The notes under the pieces: generated by a model
What the model was told of the DNA's origin: nothing
What the model saw: only the letters and a program-made list of their open reading frames with translations
Databases searched by the model: none
Assembly: GCF_001194135.2 (NCBI RefSeq)
Contig: NC_068981.1
Location: forward strand, 145,771,617-145,835,616
DNA: 64,000 nt
Reading direction: 5' to 3'
Source of the DNA: Octopus bimaculoides
Lineage: Eukaryota
Made by a program: the position numbers and the translations under genes
In this document: in pieces, positions 51,171 through 63,776 of the stretch
Layout of the letters: every line of letters begins with the position of its first letter
Position numbering within the stretch: position 1 is the stretch's first letter

Positions 51171-52539
51171 ACCTTCGACAGAGTAACAGTCATATATACA
51201 ACTTGAACAGACACACATATCAATACATAAACACATGTCTACATGTACATACAAGTCGCTTTTTAAATTTCGCACCTTTCTTATTCAATAAACATTGAAT
51301 TAAACTTGCAAAGCTGTTTATTTTCTCCTTTCGATTTTAATGTTTATTTTAGCGAGTTACCAAACTGATTGTTTGGTCTCCTGACTAAAACGGTAATGAC
51401 AAATTTTAAAGTTTGTTTGACATTTTGTAAGGGATTAAAATTTCGATACTCTGTATCAAATGTTCCGACAGGAACAGGCGGAAAATCAGAGCTTGAGACA
51501 AGAAGACACTTTCGTCCAATCAGAATTCTGTTTACATAATCAGTTTGATCGGTCACCTTCTTTTGTCAGTTGAGTAAAGTGTCATTCAAGCTGATGTTCA
51601 TTGGTAATTAAACTTAATTTGCAACACCTGTGCGTATTTATCAGCTTTGTTTTTGTTGATAATTCTTATCATCAACTTCTCCTATGATCGTGATTTGAGA
51701 GGACATACAACAGTATGCTAAAGATGGGACATAATTTCTTGTGGGCAAGAAATGTAACATAAAGTTTATTATAAACAACACAAACACTTTGTAGTTTCAT
51801 AGCTTTTAATGTGATACATGTTAAACAGAAATTATTTTTATCTAATGAAAATTTAATAAAATCTAATCATAAGTAAGTGAAATGATGCTAAATACAACTA
51901 AATTGGAAACCTTTTCCCCCTGGCCATATCGGCAATTCTGAAAACTTTTGGGTGCGAATTTTACACGAGTAGAAACTTTTTTTTTAACAATTTGCATCCC
52001 GAAAATCATCTGCGTAAATTACACAGGTGCGCAAATTACACTCATCTAATAATATAGGTCTTTCTCTCTCTCTCATTCTCTCTGTCTCTCCCTCTCTCAC
52101 ACACTCTCCCTCTTTCGTTTTCTCAATATATTAAGAAATGGTGGCCGAGCTAGAGTGTGTGCCACCCGGGGCAGCCTTTGAGTCTGCAACTCTCTCACCC
52201 TCTATTCAGGCTTATACAGTAGACCCAAAAGTGCCATCCCCATAAAAGAGTCCTTCCCTATAAAAATAGTCCTTCCCCATAAAAGTGTCACCCAGTTTGA
52301 ATCACCTCCGTGCCCTCCCATTTAGCTATGTTACCCCCATTTAGCATCTTTTATGTTTTATGTTTACTTGTTTTAGTCATTAAACTGCGGCCATGCTGGG
52401 GTACCATCTTGAAGAATTTTTACTCGAATGAATCGACCACAGTAGTTAAGTTTCCTTTTAAAGCCTTGTACTTATTCTATCGGTATGGAAGTTTCTCTAG
52501 ATTAAAATATTATAAAAATTGAAATGAAATCATTTCCAG

Positions 52540-52763
52540 CTAGGAATATGTTACATTGGAAATGAATTCTGTAGAATTTGAAAGAGTCTTACATGACAGA
52601 GATTTACTTTCAAAGTTCTGATATTCAAAAAACATGACAATTAATGATAGTCCGAGAAAGAAGAATCCCGAAATAATAAAAAAAATACAAACTCCAATGG
52701 TTGCATTGTATTTCCAGTCATTTTTATTCCCTCTTTCTTTAGTATATCGGAAGAGGCAGCTAG
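52540..52763 (-). CDS. Second SLC38A7-like paralog, terminal exon (ASCLFRYTKERGNKNDWKYNATIGVCIFFIISGFFFLGLSLIVMFFEYQNF...SCKTLSNSTEFISNVTYS*)
   Basis: Absent from the ORF track. Acceptor ttgactttcag, phase 1. Aligns to exon 9 of copy 1 (C, WK, G...G-x-F-x-x-G, late Cys, NVT). TAG at 52542-52540. Confidence 0.85.
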
Positions 52764-53629
52764 CTGAAAGTCAACCAGAAACATGAAAAATTAATTAAGC
52801 TACAATAGACAGGAGAAAAAAAATCAAGTTTATATAATATTAATTACACAGTGTAACAAAATTAAAATTTTTGTTGTTGTTGTTGTCTTTGGCCAGTTAG
52901 TGTTGTTTCATATTTGCTTCTATCTTGAAATCAAAGGAAATAACTACTATTGCCTTGAGACTTTGCTTTTGTGACTGGGACATCAATATAGAAACTCGTC
53001 AACTTCAATTTCTATCTAGACAGGGTTAACCAAATATGAAAGAATTAAGATTCATTTCGCATTTCCATGTTTTGCAAATTTTTGATGCAAAATCTTCTGT
53101 TGAAGGATCTATTATATTTTCTACGTTGTGTATAAATATGCTTTTCGCAAAGAGAGGCAACTTCAATTTCATGTTCCCTCAGAAACAGAAAAAATGCCTC
53201 CAAAATATACGCAGCAACGAGCAAGAAGCCAGAAGAAATGCAACAGCCACTTGCACGTCTCAGACCTTTATAACGATTCCCTATTATATGGGTAAAAGGT
53301 TGACTCGAATTCGAGTCAACAACGTACCAGTTCATCGAGATTCGGCAAGAGAATTAGTCATTCTCGAGGAGCATAAGGAGATTGTGGAGGTGAAGTCCAC
53401 CCACATCTCAACAGGACTGGAATTCTTATGGAATTCTAGTTATTAGTTTCTCTAGAAGAAATAAATCGCATACCGATTTTTCTGCTTCGGGGAATGCAAT
53501 AAGATGCCGGTGATTATAGAGGCGGAAAAATCCCAATTGTTTAGTGAGAGGTTACACTAACCACCCCAAAGCCTTTTGCCCTGTGGTAGAAAAAGCACGA
53601 TGCTATTATTATTATTGTTTTGATTCTCA

Positions 53630-54960
53630 CTGTTCTATTTGCAGTTGTTCGTTACTTGAAAGCAGGGAATAACAAATCACCAAAGGTTTCAAGCAGTGCC
53701 TTCTCCTGTGACTAAAAGAGACAATATTCTCCTTAGAATGCGAGCTGTACCCAACAGCTATACCTATCATTGATTTTTCATCATTTGAGACTGTAAAGTC
53801 AATTATCTGGCATATTCTATTCTCTTTAGCTACTACTACGAAATTAGGCCTTCTAACTTCTATTACTCTGTCAGTCTGAATGTTAAAGTCCCACAACATC
53901 TTATATTTCTTACCTTCTAGTAGTTTATTAGGTTCATGTTTGTACCATTCATCAGTATGGTCTGATCCTAGCTTTCTACATAACTCCCAGTGTTATCATG
54001 TCTTTTCTGTATTCTTTTTGCGCCAGCATGCTACATTCACTTACTATATGAGTAACGCTTTCCTCTTTTGATTTGTATAAACTACATTGGAAATCTATTT
54101 GACTTTTGTCCATCTTGGCCTTTGTCTAGTTAGTCCTTAATGCTTGATCTTGTGCTGCTGTTAACAAACTGTCTGTCTCCCTTTTCAGCTTTCCTTTCTC
54201 CAACCATAACCATGTCTCACTACTACTATTTGCTGCAACTATCTTTGAGAATCTACCATCTTCTCCTGCCAGTCAGATAACTTTTGTTCTTTCTTTCCTG
54301 GTTTTTAACTTCGTTTGTTTTTTGTTTCCCCATGTCTTGCTGTGACTCTAGCAGCTCTTAATAAACTTTCTTCACTATTACCTACCTAGGAGTCTATATC
54401 TACTCTAGCTAACGCAGTCTTCTACGGATGTTAATCCTCCCCCACCTTCCTTTCTAGTTAAGTATAATCTTGCTACTCCTGCCCTTGGGTGGTGTCCTTC
54501 ATTCGTACTAAGTGCCTTCCTAGTTCTTCTGTTGGTAATTCAGTGTTTGTCCAATGTACAAAAGCTGCTGAGTATCTAAGTAATGATACTGCCCAAATAT
54601 TTACAGCCTTCACTAGATTCGGACCATTTAGCTTTGACTTCATTAGCTTCCTTACCCTTCTGATGTACTCCTCAATTTTCATTTTCATTTCTATAGTTAG
54701 TACTCTGTCAGATTCTAATATTCCTAGATACTTATAACTTTTTTAATGATTTTAATGTCTGGCTATCTGGTAATTGGATACGTCACTGTTGACTACCTGT
54801 CCCCTTTTTATGACTAACATTTACACTTATCCATGCCAAAATCCATGCCTATATCTTTGCTAAAGAGTCTTACAGTCTGTATTAAGGAATCTATCCCTTT
54901 TACATTCTTACTAACTCGAAGATGGCGAGCTGATAGAGTCGTTTCCAGGTCGGATAAAAT
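53630..54960 (-). mobile_element. Decayed R4/Dong-clade non-LTR retrotransposon (RT plus REL endonuclease region)
   Basis: SLIQTVRLFSKDIGMDFGMDKC, KYLGILESD, KSKLNGPNLVKAVNIWAVSLLRYS and LWDFNIQTDRVIEVRRPN, with stops and deletions. Confidence 0.85.
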
Positions 54961-55169
54961 GCTTAGTGCAATTTCTTCCGTCTCTTTATGTTCTGAGTTC
55001 AGATGCAACTGAGTTAGACTTTGTATTTCATCCTTTTGGAGCCTATAAAATAGGTACTGGTTGAGCATACTGAATTTAATGTTATCGACAACTCCACCCC
55101 ACTAATATTCTTGGCCTTGTGCTAAAATTTGAAACTCTAATTAATCAATTAGGTTATCAGAAAGTGAAC

Positions 55170-55490
55170 TTAAAACTGGCACTCAGTTGATTACGGCGAC
55201 GCGGGTTCCAGTCGATCTGATCAAAGGACAGCCTGCTCATGACATTAACTTGCAAGTGGCTGAGTACTCCACAGACACACATACCATTAACGAAGTTCTC
55301 AGGGAGATTCTGTATGACATAGGACATGGCAATGCTGGCTCTTCGAAATACAGGCACTATTAATTTTGCCAGCTGAGTGGACTGGACCAACATGAAATAA
55401 AGTGTCTTGCTCAAAAGCATAACGGACCGCCAGGTATCGAACTCAAGACCTTACAATTTTGAGCAGACTACCCTAACTGCTTGACCACAT
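55170..55490 (-). mobile_element. tRNA-derived SINE with the 47.3-kb type core and the 7.0-kb type tail
   Basis: TTTTGAGCAAGACACT...CCAGTCCACTCAGCTGG core followed by GTCTGTGGAGTACTCAGCCACTTGCA...ACTGGAACCC tail. Confidence 0.75.
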
Positions 55491-56224
55491 GCCTTTACAA
55501 GTTAACTAATTAACCATTTAACGAAATCGATTGCATGAGTAATCGTTTGATAAATCAATCAGTTGGTTTGTTAGAGTCTTTCCGTTGCCATTTGCAATGT
55601 CATAGCTAACGTCCTCGTCGTTCCAGGTCTAGTCAGGAGATAAAGCTCTACTTATGGCCCTTTATAGAGTCTTCGACGCCGATGGAAGTGAGTACGGGCG
55701 GTAACTTCAAACTGGAGATGTGTTCTGAATGTTTGCAACAGAGGGAATCCCACCAGAGTTTCTCAAGGTGCCGTATGGCGATGTTATACAAGATAACAAA
55801 CTACACCCAACTAGGCTACAGAAGGCAAAGATCTGAAATGAATATTGCAAGGTGATTCGTTTTAAAATCTTGCCAATTTACCATCTTGGATAAGTAGGGA
55901 TTTTTTTAATGGACACCGGTATTTAGTAGCTTTTCATAAGGTATTTAGTAGCTCTATGTCTGTCTGTTTGTCTGTTTGTCTGTTTGTCTGTCATAATTAA
56001 GTTTATTTCAAGATTTCTTGTTAATAGAAAAAAAGCCGGTTTTTAAGCTAAATCCAAAGCTCATTCACTGAAATCTCAACATTAACAGGGTATTTTTGCA
56101 TGTGTATATGTACATGTGTAGTATTTGGAGTCAGTACATGCGCAGATTTGTATATTTTGTTTTATGTATGTATTCTCAGACATATAATTGCATGTCTAGA
56201 CATGAGCATAAATACTTAACTGAT

Positions 56225-56530
56225 AAACTTCTGGAAAGTTTTATAGCCTTATGGTTCCAGTGATGGCTTGGACCTGTAGTCTTCGAATCAGCTTTTTCCT
56301 TTCTGGTTTTAGAAGCCTAATTTCTCAATATTGGTATATAGGCAGTGTGTTACATATCTTAGTGCCCCAATAATTATAAGTATTAATGTGAACTTGTAAC
56401 CTGGGTAGAGTAACTGTAGATTTTTCAATAGTTCAGCGTAGGTATTTTCTTTTTCGCTGATCATTAGCTTTATGTTAACATCCGCCGAGCAGTTGATTTC
56501 CACCACTATGTATGTATGTGGAGTCTGTGA
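56225..56530 (-). mobile_element. C-terminal REL-type endonuclease fragment of a non-LTR element
   Basis: VVEINCSADVNI...EKENTYAELLKNLQLLYPGYKFTLILIIIGALRYV...LGF...KLIRRLQVQAITGT. Confidence 0.65.
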
Positions 56531-56869
56531 TAGAGGATGTGAGATTTGTGCTTTATGAACGAGAAAAATAGTAACTGTGCTTTCTGTGTCGTACTGTTGT
56601 TGTTCTTGATTTTTAGACTCTGTTCAGCACTAACGGAGAAGACTTGTGATTAAAGGTGCTCCAAAAATGATAATATTATGTTTTTGTATAGGGACTGCAT
56701 TATTCAATATATTTATTTAAGGCCGCAGAGTGTGGCTTATGAAAAATTTGGCTGCTATTTCTAGTAGTGTAAACGATCACGTAGAAGCTTTCGCTAGTTA
56801 GTGATTTTAATACAAGTTGGTGAATGAAATCAAGTTTGCAGTAAATATGACCTAAGAAGCATCAGTTGT

Positions 56870-57070
56870 GGTGTGCAAGAGAGACGATTGCGCTGGTATG
56901 GTCATTTGGCGAGAATGGACGAAGATAGCTGTGTGAAAATGTGCCACAGTCTTGCGGTTGAAGGTACCCGTGGAAGAGGTAAACCCAGAAAGACCTGGGA
57001 TGAGGTGGTGAAGCACGACCTTCGAACATTAGGCCTCACCGAGGCAATGACTTGTGACCGAGACCTGGGA
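56870..57070 (+). mobile_element. RTE LINE 3' coding fragment; its tail runs to about 57585
   Basis: QERRLRWYGHLARM...EGTRGRGKPRKTWDEVVKHDLRTLGL. Confidence 0.9.
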
Positions 57071-57626
57071 AAGACAAGTGAGACCATAACCCGTAGCCTT
57101 TACCAGGAGTGTAACCAGCTCACTTATGCGTACCTTTCCTTCTTTGGACACAAAACCCTGCTTGCGAAGACTTGTTGAGGCAAGTGAAATCGAAATCGAA
57201 AATTGAACCAAATTCGTTGGCTGGAACCCATGCCAACCTTCCTTCATTGGACACTAAACTCAGCTAGCGAAGACCTGTTGGCGCAAGTGAGATCAAAATT
57301 GAACCAAATTCTATGACTGGCACTCGTGCCAGTGGAGTGCTAACAGCACCATCCGAGCGGGATCACTGCCAGAACAGCGGTCTCACTTCCGTGTCGGTGG
57401 CACGTAAAAAGCACATACTACAGTGGTTGGTGTTAGGAAGGGCATCCAGCTGTAGAAACTCTGCCAGATTAGATTGGAGTCTGGTGTAGCCATCTGGTTC
57501 GCCAGTCCCCAGTCAAATCGTACAACCTATGCTAGCATGGAAAACGGACGTTAAATGATGATGATGATGATGTTGATGATGATGCTAACTGTATGACGAA
57601 TTTAATTTGAATTTAGCTATAAAGCT

Positions 57627-57698
57627 GATTCTATGGCGTAATGGTTATCACTTTGGGCTCTGAATCTAACAATCTGACTACAAGTTTCGGTAGAACCT
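57627..57698 (+). pseudogene. tRNA-Gln(CTG)-derived pseudogene
   Basis: 72 nt collinear with the canonical metazoan tRNA-Gln(CTG), about 15 substitutions by eye. Anticodon loop CTCTGAA is intact, the T-loop reads TAC instead of TTC, and a T-run follows. Confidence 0.8.
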
Positions 57699-58032
57699 AA
57701 TTTTTATTTTCACAGTGGCTTTCCTGCATGAATGCAGCTGCATGGCTGCAACGCACCAAAGGAATAACGCATTGAATTTATTAACACTAATTTAGGGTTG
57801 AATATAAATTGTTTTCTGAATCTTCTGCACAATTTTATATTTTCTTACACTTTGACAAACACTCAGAAACTCTTTCATAACACCACTGAAATACGCTATA
57901 GCTTGTCTGGTGTTTTTTTAAAGAATTAATACTGTATCACAAGATGTTAAAAATTGGCAAAGAATTGCTTTAGGATATTTTAGACAACTTTTTCGGTAAG
58001 ATACAAATAAAATGTTTGGAAGCCAGACATAC

Positions 58033-58232
58033 CTGGGAGTATAAACATAAGGGTAGTGGTGAATGGTCCCAAAAATGTGATAAAATATCTAACATTTGAG
58101 AATAACATGGCCAACAAAGTATTAGAGGTGATCCAGAGTGATGTAATTACGATATTATGTTTATTTGCTTTTCGTTCTGCTTCTTCATCAGATAATTGCC
58201 AATATTGACACCATAAGCTCAGGGCAGCAGAT
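58033..58232 (-). CDS. Second SLC38A7-like paralog, exon-8 equivalent (RSAALSLWCQYWQLSDEEAERK...ITSLWITSNTLLAMLFSNVRYFITFLGPFTTTLMFILP)
   Basis: Same 200-nt length and phases (2/1) as exon 8; AG/GT boundaries; recognisable but diverged alignment. Confidence 0.88.
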
Positions 58233-59189
58233 CTGAAATGAAAAAAAAAAAAACTTTTCGATAGGGTAATTCTTAGCCCAATCTTAAATTTCAATGATAT
58301 CACTCTAAACTGTAGAGCCAGCCATTGCCCACGATCGAGTATGGTTTGGTATCATGTACCATGCTTTCGCTGACTGTTTTTGATGCATGTGTAGTCCTGA
58401 GCAGATATAGATACCATCTCGACACTCATTATTTGACTCAGCAACGCATACAAGATGAGGCTACTGCAGAGTGGCCGAGAGAGTGACTTGAAATGAAGTG
58501 CCTTGCTCAAAGACATAACGCTCCGTCCACCCCGACACTGAATACACAGTATTATAATCGTGAACCATTAGGTAACGCACCATAACTACTGATCTAACCA
58601 GAAAATATAATGTAACTTCATTTTATTGCCTTGACCATTAAAGTTTGTTAATCTAAAATTTAACGTAATTTATTCTGTTATTAAATTTCAGTTACATACA
58701 AACTAAAACAAAATATTTACTTCAGGATAGAAATGGCTCAATCGAATTACAGATTTTTTAAAAGTTATATTTTATAAAGAATACAAAGTTCTGAATGGTT
58801 CAACAATGCACTATAATACCAAAAATGGACTATATACCTGTTGTAATTTAGTTATCTATAGTCCGATGATATTTCGGAATACAATTCCTTCTTCAGATAT
58901 TCTTAGATGGAGTCTCTGCTATAAACTGTTTTCCAACGGCTTTTCTTTTTTTCGGAAGCGTCTCAGTAGTGGTCTCGCGAAGCTCCTTCCGGAATTCCTC
59001 ATGAGAAGTGCGTGAGGTCCGGCTATGTTTCAATCTCGTGTGTGTTGGTACATCTGTAGCGCTGCTTCTAAATTATGTGTTATACGTGCAGCTTCTCTAT
59101 TTTTACCTTTTTTTTCTCCTCTTTTTTCTTGTTATAAACAATACATGAGCATCTTATTAAGAATGAACCTACACACATCCAGATGTAGC

Positions 59190-60440
59190 TAAATAATATA
59201 TTGATTACCAACCTCCAGCCTGTTGTTAATTTGGGGTCCTAGTATGTGTATGAGTAAAGCTTCCTTAATTCTTAGATTACCCAAATTTCTTTCATTGGCC
59301 TCAATTGTGACTGTTATGCTTTTGTCAGTATTCCGGCATCTGTCTAGATGTTTTCTGAAGGAGGAGGCTCTCGTGTTCAGATGCTCTTTGATGCGGACGT
59401 GTAACGGTCTTGTTGTGCTACTCACACATAACTTGTTGCATTTGTTACATTGTATTCTATACACAACATTTACCCGTTGGCATAAATCTGTGTCACGGAT
59501 GGGACAATTTGTTAATGTGCATTGATTGTTGTCCCTTATTCGTTTCTTTGCGAGGTGTCCTCTCAGTGAGGGGCCGGAGTGGGCTAGTTATATGTCTAGC
59601 CCTTCTCTTCTTATGGCTCTTCGGATGGCTGTAGTTATCCTCTCGCTAAAAGGGGGTATTTTAAGGAAGCATGTGTTGCTGGGTTTTCTATGTGCTCGGC
59701 ATGTTAGTCGTCTTGGATACTTATGCCAATTTACAATGGATCTAGGATACCCGTTGGTTTTCAATATATCTAGGAAGCGTATAGTGTGGGTCACCTTGTC
59801 CTCCGTTCTGCTGCACTTGCCTTGGATGCGTGCAAGTTCATTTCTGGCGTATCCTATTTTGGCACCGAGTGGAAGTGCTGANNNNNNNNNNCATTTCTGG
59901 CGTATCCTATTTTGGCACCGAGTGGAAGTGCTGAATTGTATTGGACAAACATATCTCTACTGGCTGCTTTCCTGTAGAACTCGGTGTGGATCTCCCCTTC
60001 TTCCGTTATATTCAGTTTGAAGTCAAGTAATGATAGTGATCCAGAGATATCGGGATGTTCTATAGTGAACTTTATGTTCATGTCCATGTTGTTGAACGTC
60101 GTGAATATTCTCTCAGCCTCTTCACGGGAGGTTGTGAGTATAAGGATGTCATCTACGCATGAGCGGCAGATGTTGAGTGCTCGACGTTCCAGATGGTTCA
60201 TATAAGTGATGGCTAGTAGGCCCAAGAGACTAGATCCCATGGGGAGGTCTGTTGTCTGTTTGTATATATGGTCCTGGAAAGAGAAGTAGGTGTTGTCCAC
60301 GATGATGGACAAAGTTGGTGTATATCAGCTGCGGTAAGTCCGAAGCATTAGATGTTGGACGCTATTATGCAGTCAATCAATAGGTTGACCGCTGAGTGTG
60401 CTGGCTGTAATGCTTCGTCGATTTGAACTAGAAAGCTCTG
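59190..60440 (-). mobile_element. Penelope-like element (RT plus GIY-YIG endonuclease), defective, in an intron of the paralog
   Basis: DNTYFSF..HIYKQTTDLPMGS, VDDIL, IKFTIE, LSLLDF, FYRK, NGYP and VYRIQCNKC...TTRPLHVRIKEH...IKEALLI...PQIN, with frameshifts and a deletion before VDD. Confidence 0.92.
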
Positions 60441-60766
60441 TTAAATGTGAACGGACATAAATAATTTTCTCAACTGGCATAGAAAGACACTCCCACAAAA
60501 CAGCGATTTGTAAGTAAAGACTTACAAATCAGTACAACAGCAAGCTTTCAGTCAACCATGTCTACTTATATGAGTTTCATTTCACAGGTAGAACTTCTTT
60601 ACCTGTATCGATAAGACTTTTGGCCGGAACATATCGTTTTCTAGGAGTGCTTACAAGTCTCCTCAATTAAATATGTGTTATTTAGCGAAATATAGTCCTA
60701 TCAGCAATAATAATATTAACAACTTCCAAAACATGCTAAGTGAACACTTATTCCACTTCAAAAATT

Positions 60767-60800
<34 letters not shown>

Positions 60801-62194
60801 CATATGCTCCAGCATGACCACAGCTACATGGCTGAAACGAATAAAAGAATATATGTGCAGCCCTGCATTGTAACAATGCCTTAGTAAGAGGCAGTTTTAA
60901 TAGTAAAAATATTTATATAAAAATACATATATAAAGTACCTATATAAAATATCTATCCTACTGTAGGAATGTAAATACAAATACAATAAAATATTAGTAT
61001 AATATCGATGAAAAGTGAAGGAGTGTATGCCTACCAGATATTAATACGCATACCGTTCTTCACTTCGCACAGATATACAAAACTTTTTATTGAAATTCTA
61101 TTAAAGTCAGTTACCGTTGTTAAAGCAATATACCATCACAAATCACTAACCATCATAAAACAATCCAGAAACTACATGACGCACTCAACCAGAATGTAAC
61201 TGTAGAAATATTAGAAACAACTTTCATCTTCACCAGAAAATAATTTTCGATAGCACTGCCGTATAAATCAGTGTATTACATGGAAAAGGAATATCTAGAG
61301 TTAGCTAATAACTTTTGACATATACAGCATATCTATTTGTGCAGATGTTGTAGCAAGTTTAATTGCACATCATTGTCCTAATATATTTGATACCTAAAAG
61401 ACATTGTAGAAAGTAATCCCACGATGGAATGGAGCATAACAACAAAGATAAACCCTACAGTTGTCTTGACAGTAAATACAGTTAATGTTCAGTGGGGAAG
61501 CTCAAGATATTAATTTTGATGGTCAATGTTTACAAGAGAAAAAAAAAAAAATGAAATATTTTCTTCTTGTTTACACACAAACACATTTAAACAGATCTTT
61601 TATACATATTTCTGTGCTAGTTATATTCAGATTGTTTGAACATATACTTCTTAATCGGTTGAAGTCGCGAAATTTGACACTCGAAATGTAAGTTTGTATT
61701 GTATTACTTAAAGATGTAGTTGCCGTATTTGGAAAAAGAGAATCATCTCCATTTCATTTACTTCCACTTTTAACAAACCACCTGAACACATAATTGATAT
61801 TCCGGGTAAAATGCAATGCAATTCTATTAACAGAAAAAAGAGAGTTCCCTTAACCGAAGTTGCACCCACATTCAATAAGACAATTAAACAGACACACACA
61901 CCCCACATACTGACAGATAATTTTTACTCAAGTTTGGAAGAGGTGTAGCTATAATCCCAATATATGGAAAAAGACATCAATTAAGTTGGCTCTTTTTAAC
62001 TGGAAAATGTTCCCACTGGCAAATAGGGAAGTTTCAATCGTGAATTGTCGTCCTTAACTTCTAACTTTCTCATATAACTTATGCATGGGACACACATAAT
62101 CTGTTAGCTAACTAATATTTTTATTATGGAGGAAAAATTCGTGTCCTATGATACATCAGGTGAGTAGTCTACATGTACTAGGTGCTTTTTCTCC

Positions 62195-62233
<39 letters not shown>

Positions 62234-62770
62234 AGAATAAGGGCAGGGAATCGTCAATTAATAATAGAATTAATAATTAACAATTTTGCCAAGTAGTTCA
62301 GTATGAAAAAACCTTTATCGGTAAAACCATTTATCATCATAAATATACAGGGATTAGCATTGAGTTGCTTCTCCAACATACTGAAAATTTAGAAATAGGA
62401 GTCAAAGAACTACTGATTCTAAACTACAAATTTTTCTCTAAATGGATGGCGATATTTATGGCACACANNNNNNNNNNNNNNNNNNNNNNNNNNNNNNNNN
62501 NNNNNNNNNNNNNNNNNNNNNNNNNNNNNNNNNNNNNNNNNNNNNNNNNNNNNNNNNNNNNNNNNNNNNNNNNNNNNNNNNNNNNNNNNNNNNNNNNNNN
62601 NNNNNNNNNNNNNNNNNNNNNNNNNNNNNNNNNNNNNNNNNNNNNNNNNNNNNNNNNNNNNNNNNNNNNNNNNNNNNNNNNNNNNNNNNNNNNNNNNNNN
62701 NNNNNNNNNNNNNNNNNNNNNNNNNNNNNNNNNNNNNNNNNNNNNNNNNNNNNNNNNNNNNNNNNNNNNN

Positions 62771-63135
62771 TTCACTCTTTATTTTTGTGCTCTCCCCACA
62801 ATCCTTCTTTGGTTCCTCTCCTCCAACTGATGCGATTCCATCAAAATTGTCGATGGCCCATCTGGTGTATGAGGAAATTAGGTACTAGCCCTTCCAGTAT
62901 TTTCCACATGTAAATTATTACATATCTCTCATGTCTTCGCTCTAGGGAATAGAGCCGTAATTTTTTCAGCTTCTCCCTGTAGTTCATCTGCTGGACTGTA
63001 AGCAAACTTTTTAGTGTAGTGATGGTGGATTACTTCAAACTCCATTGTTAGTTTGACACTGTGTGATGACCAGAGCTGCGAGCAGTAGTCTAGGCGGCTG
63101 AGAACAAAGGTCTTCCATAGAGTCAACATGACTTC
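62771..63135 (-). mobile_element. CR1/Jockey-group LINE 3' fragment
   Basis: MLTLWKTFVLSRLDYCSQLWS motif; frameshifted afterwards. Confidence 0.8.
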
Positions 63136-63167
63136 TTGATCTCTTCTCTGTATGTATGTTTGTATTT

Positions 63168-63220
<53 letters not shown>

Positions 63221-63513
63221 ATGTGTGTGTGTGTGTGTGTATGTATTTATGTATGTATGTATATGTGTGTATGTATATTTTTAGAAGTTACACACGCATA
63301 TATATTTATATTATATATACACACAAACGCACACACACATATATAGAACCTTGGAGACCCCGTAAAGAGTCATGAGCACTGTCTCCTTTCCAGACGAAAA
63401 GATATAAAAATACACTCATAGAGTCACGCATACACACCTGCACACGCAAAAACACACACACATACATACAGACACGCGGACACATGCACACGCAAACTTA
63501 TGCATATACATAC

Positions 63514-63776
63514 CTTCCCGGAAATAACATAATTGTGTAGCTGCTAATTCCCTTGACAGCAAGTAGGATGACTGCTATCAATACTGATACGTCTGGGTTT
63601 CTGTATGAAAGGAGGATATCACTGTGCACATGAGAGCCGAACGTCAATGATCCACAAATGCCCAGCAACATGTAAAAGAACGTAGCGAGAGCAAAAGCTA
63701 CGCACAGGACCTTGGAATATGACCGCAAATTTCGATGCTTCATACTGGAGTAGATTGGAACAGAACTCACTTCTGA
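63514..63776 (-). CDS. Second SLC38A7-like paralog, exon-7 equivalent (SEVSSVPIYSSMKH...CGSLTFG...YTIMLFPGR)
   Basis: Same 263-nt length and phases as exon 7 of the first copy. VSSVP, LTFG, DILLSY and PDVS.L.AV.L are retained. Upstream exons lie outside the window. Confidence 0.9.

Noticed and set aside
53045-53335. ORF with a hydrophobic stretch, considered as the paralog's last exon
   Set aside because: It aligns poorly to exon 9. The exon at 52763-52540 fits much better in acceptor, phase and conserved residues.
55650-55832. Acceptor-like TTTCAG followed by D-L-C-L-L-stop, resembling a pseudo-exon 9
   Set aside because: Similarity ends after a few codons and multiple stops follow; treated as chance.
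59839-59934. 43-bp direct repeat around a 10-N gap in the Penelope element
   Set aside because: Same assembly-overlap artefact.
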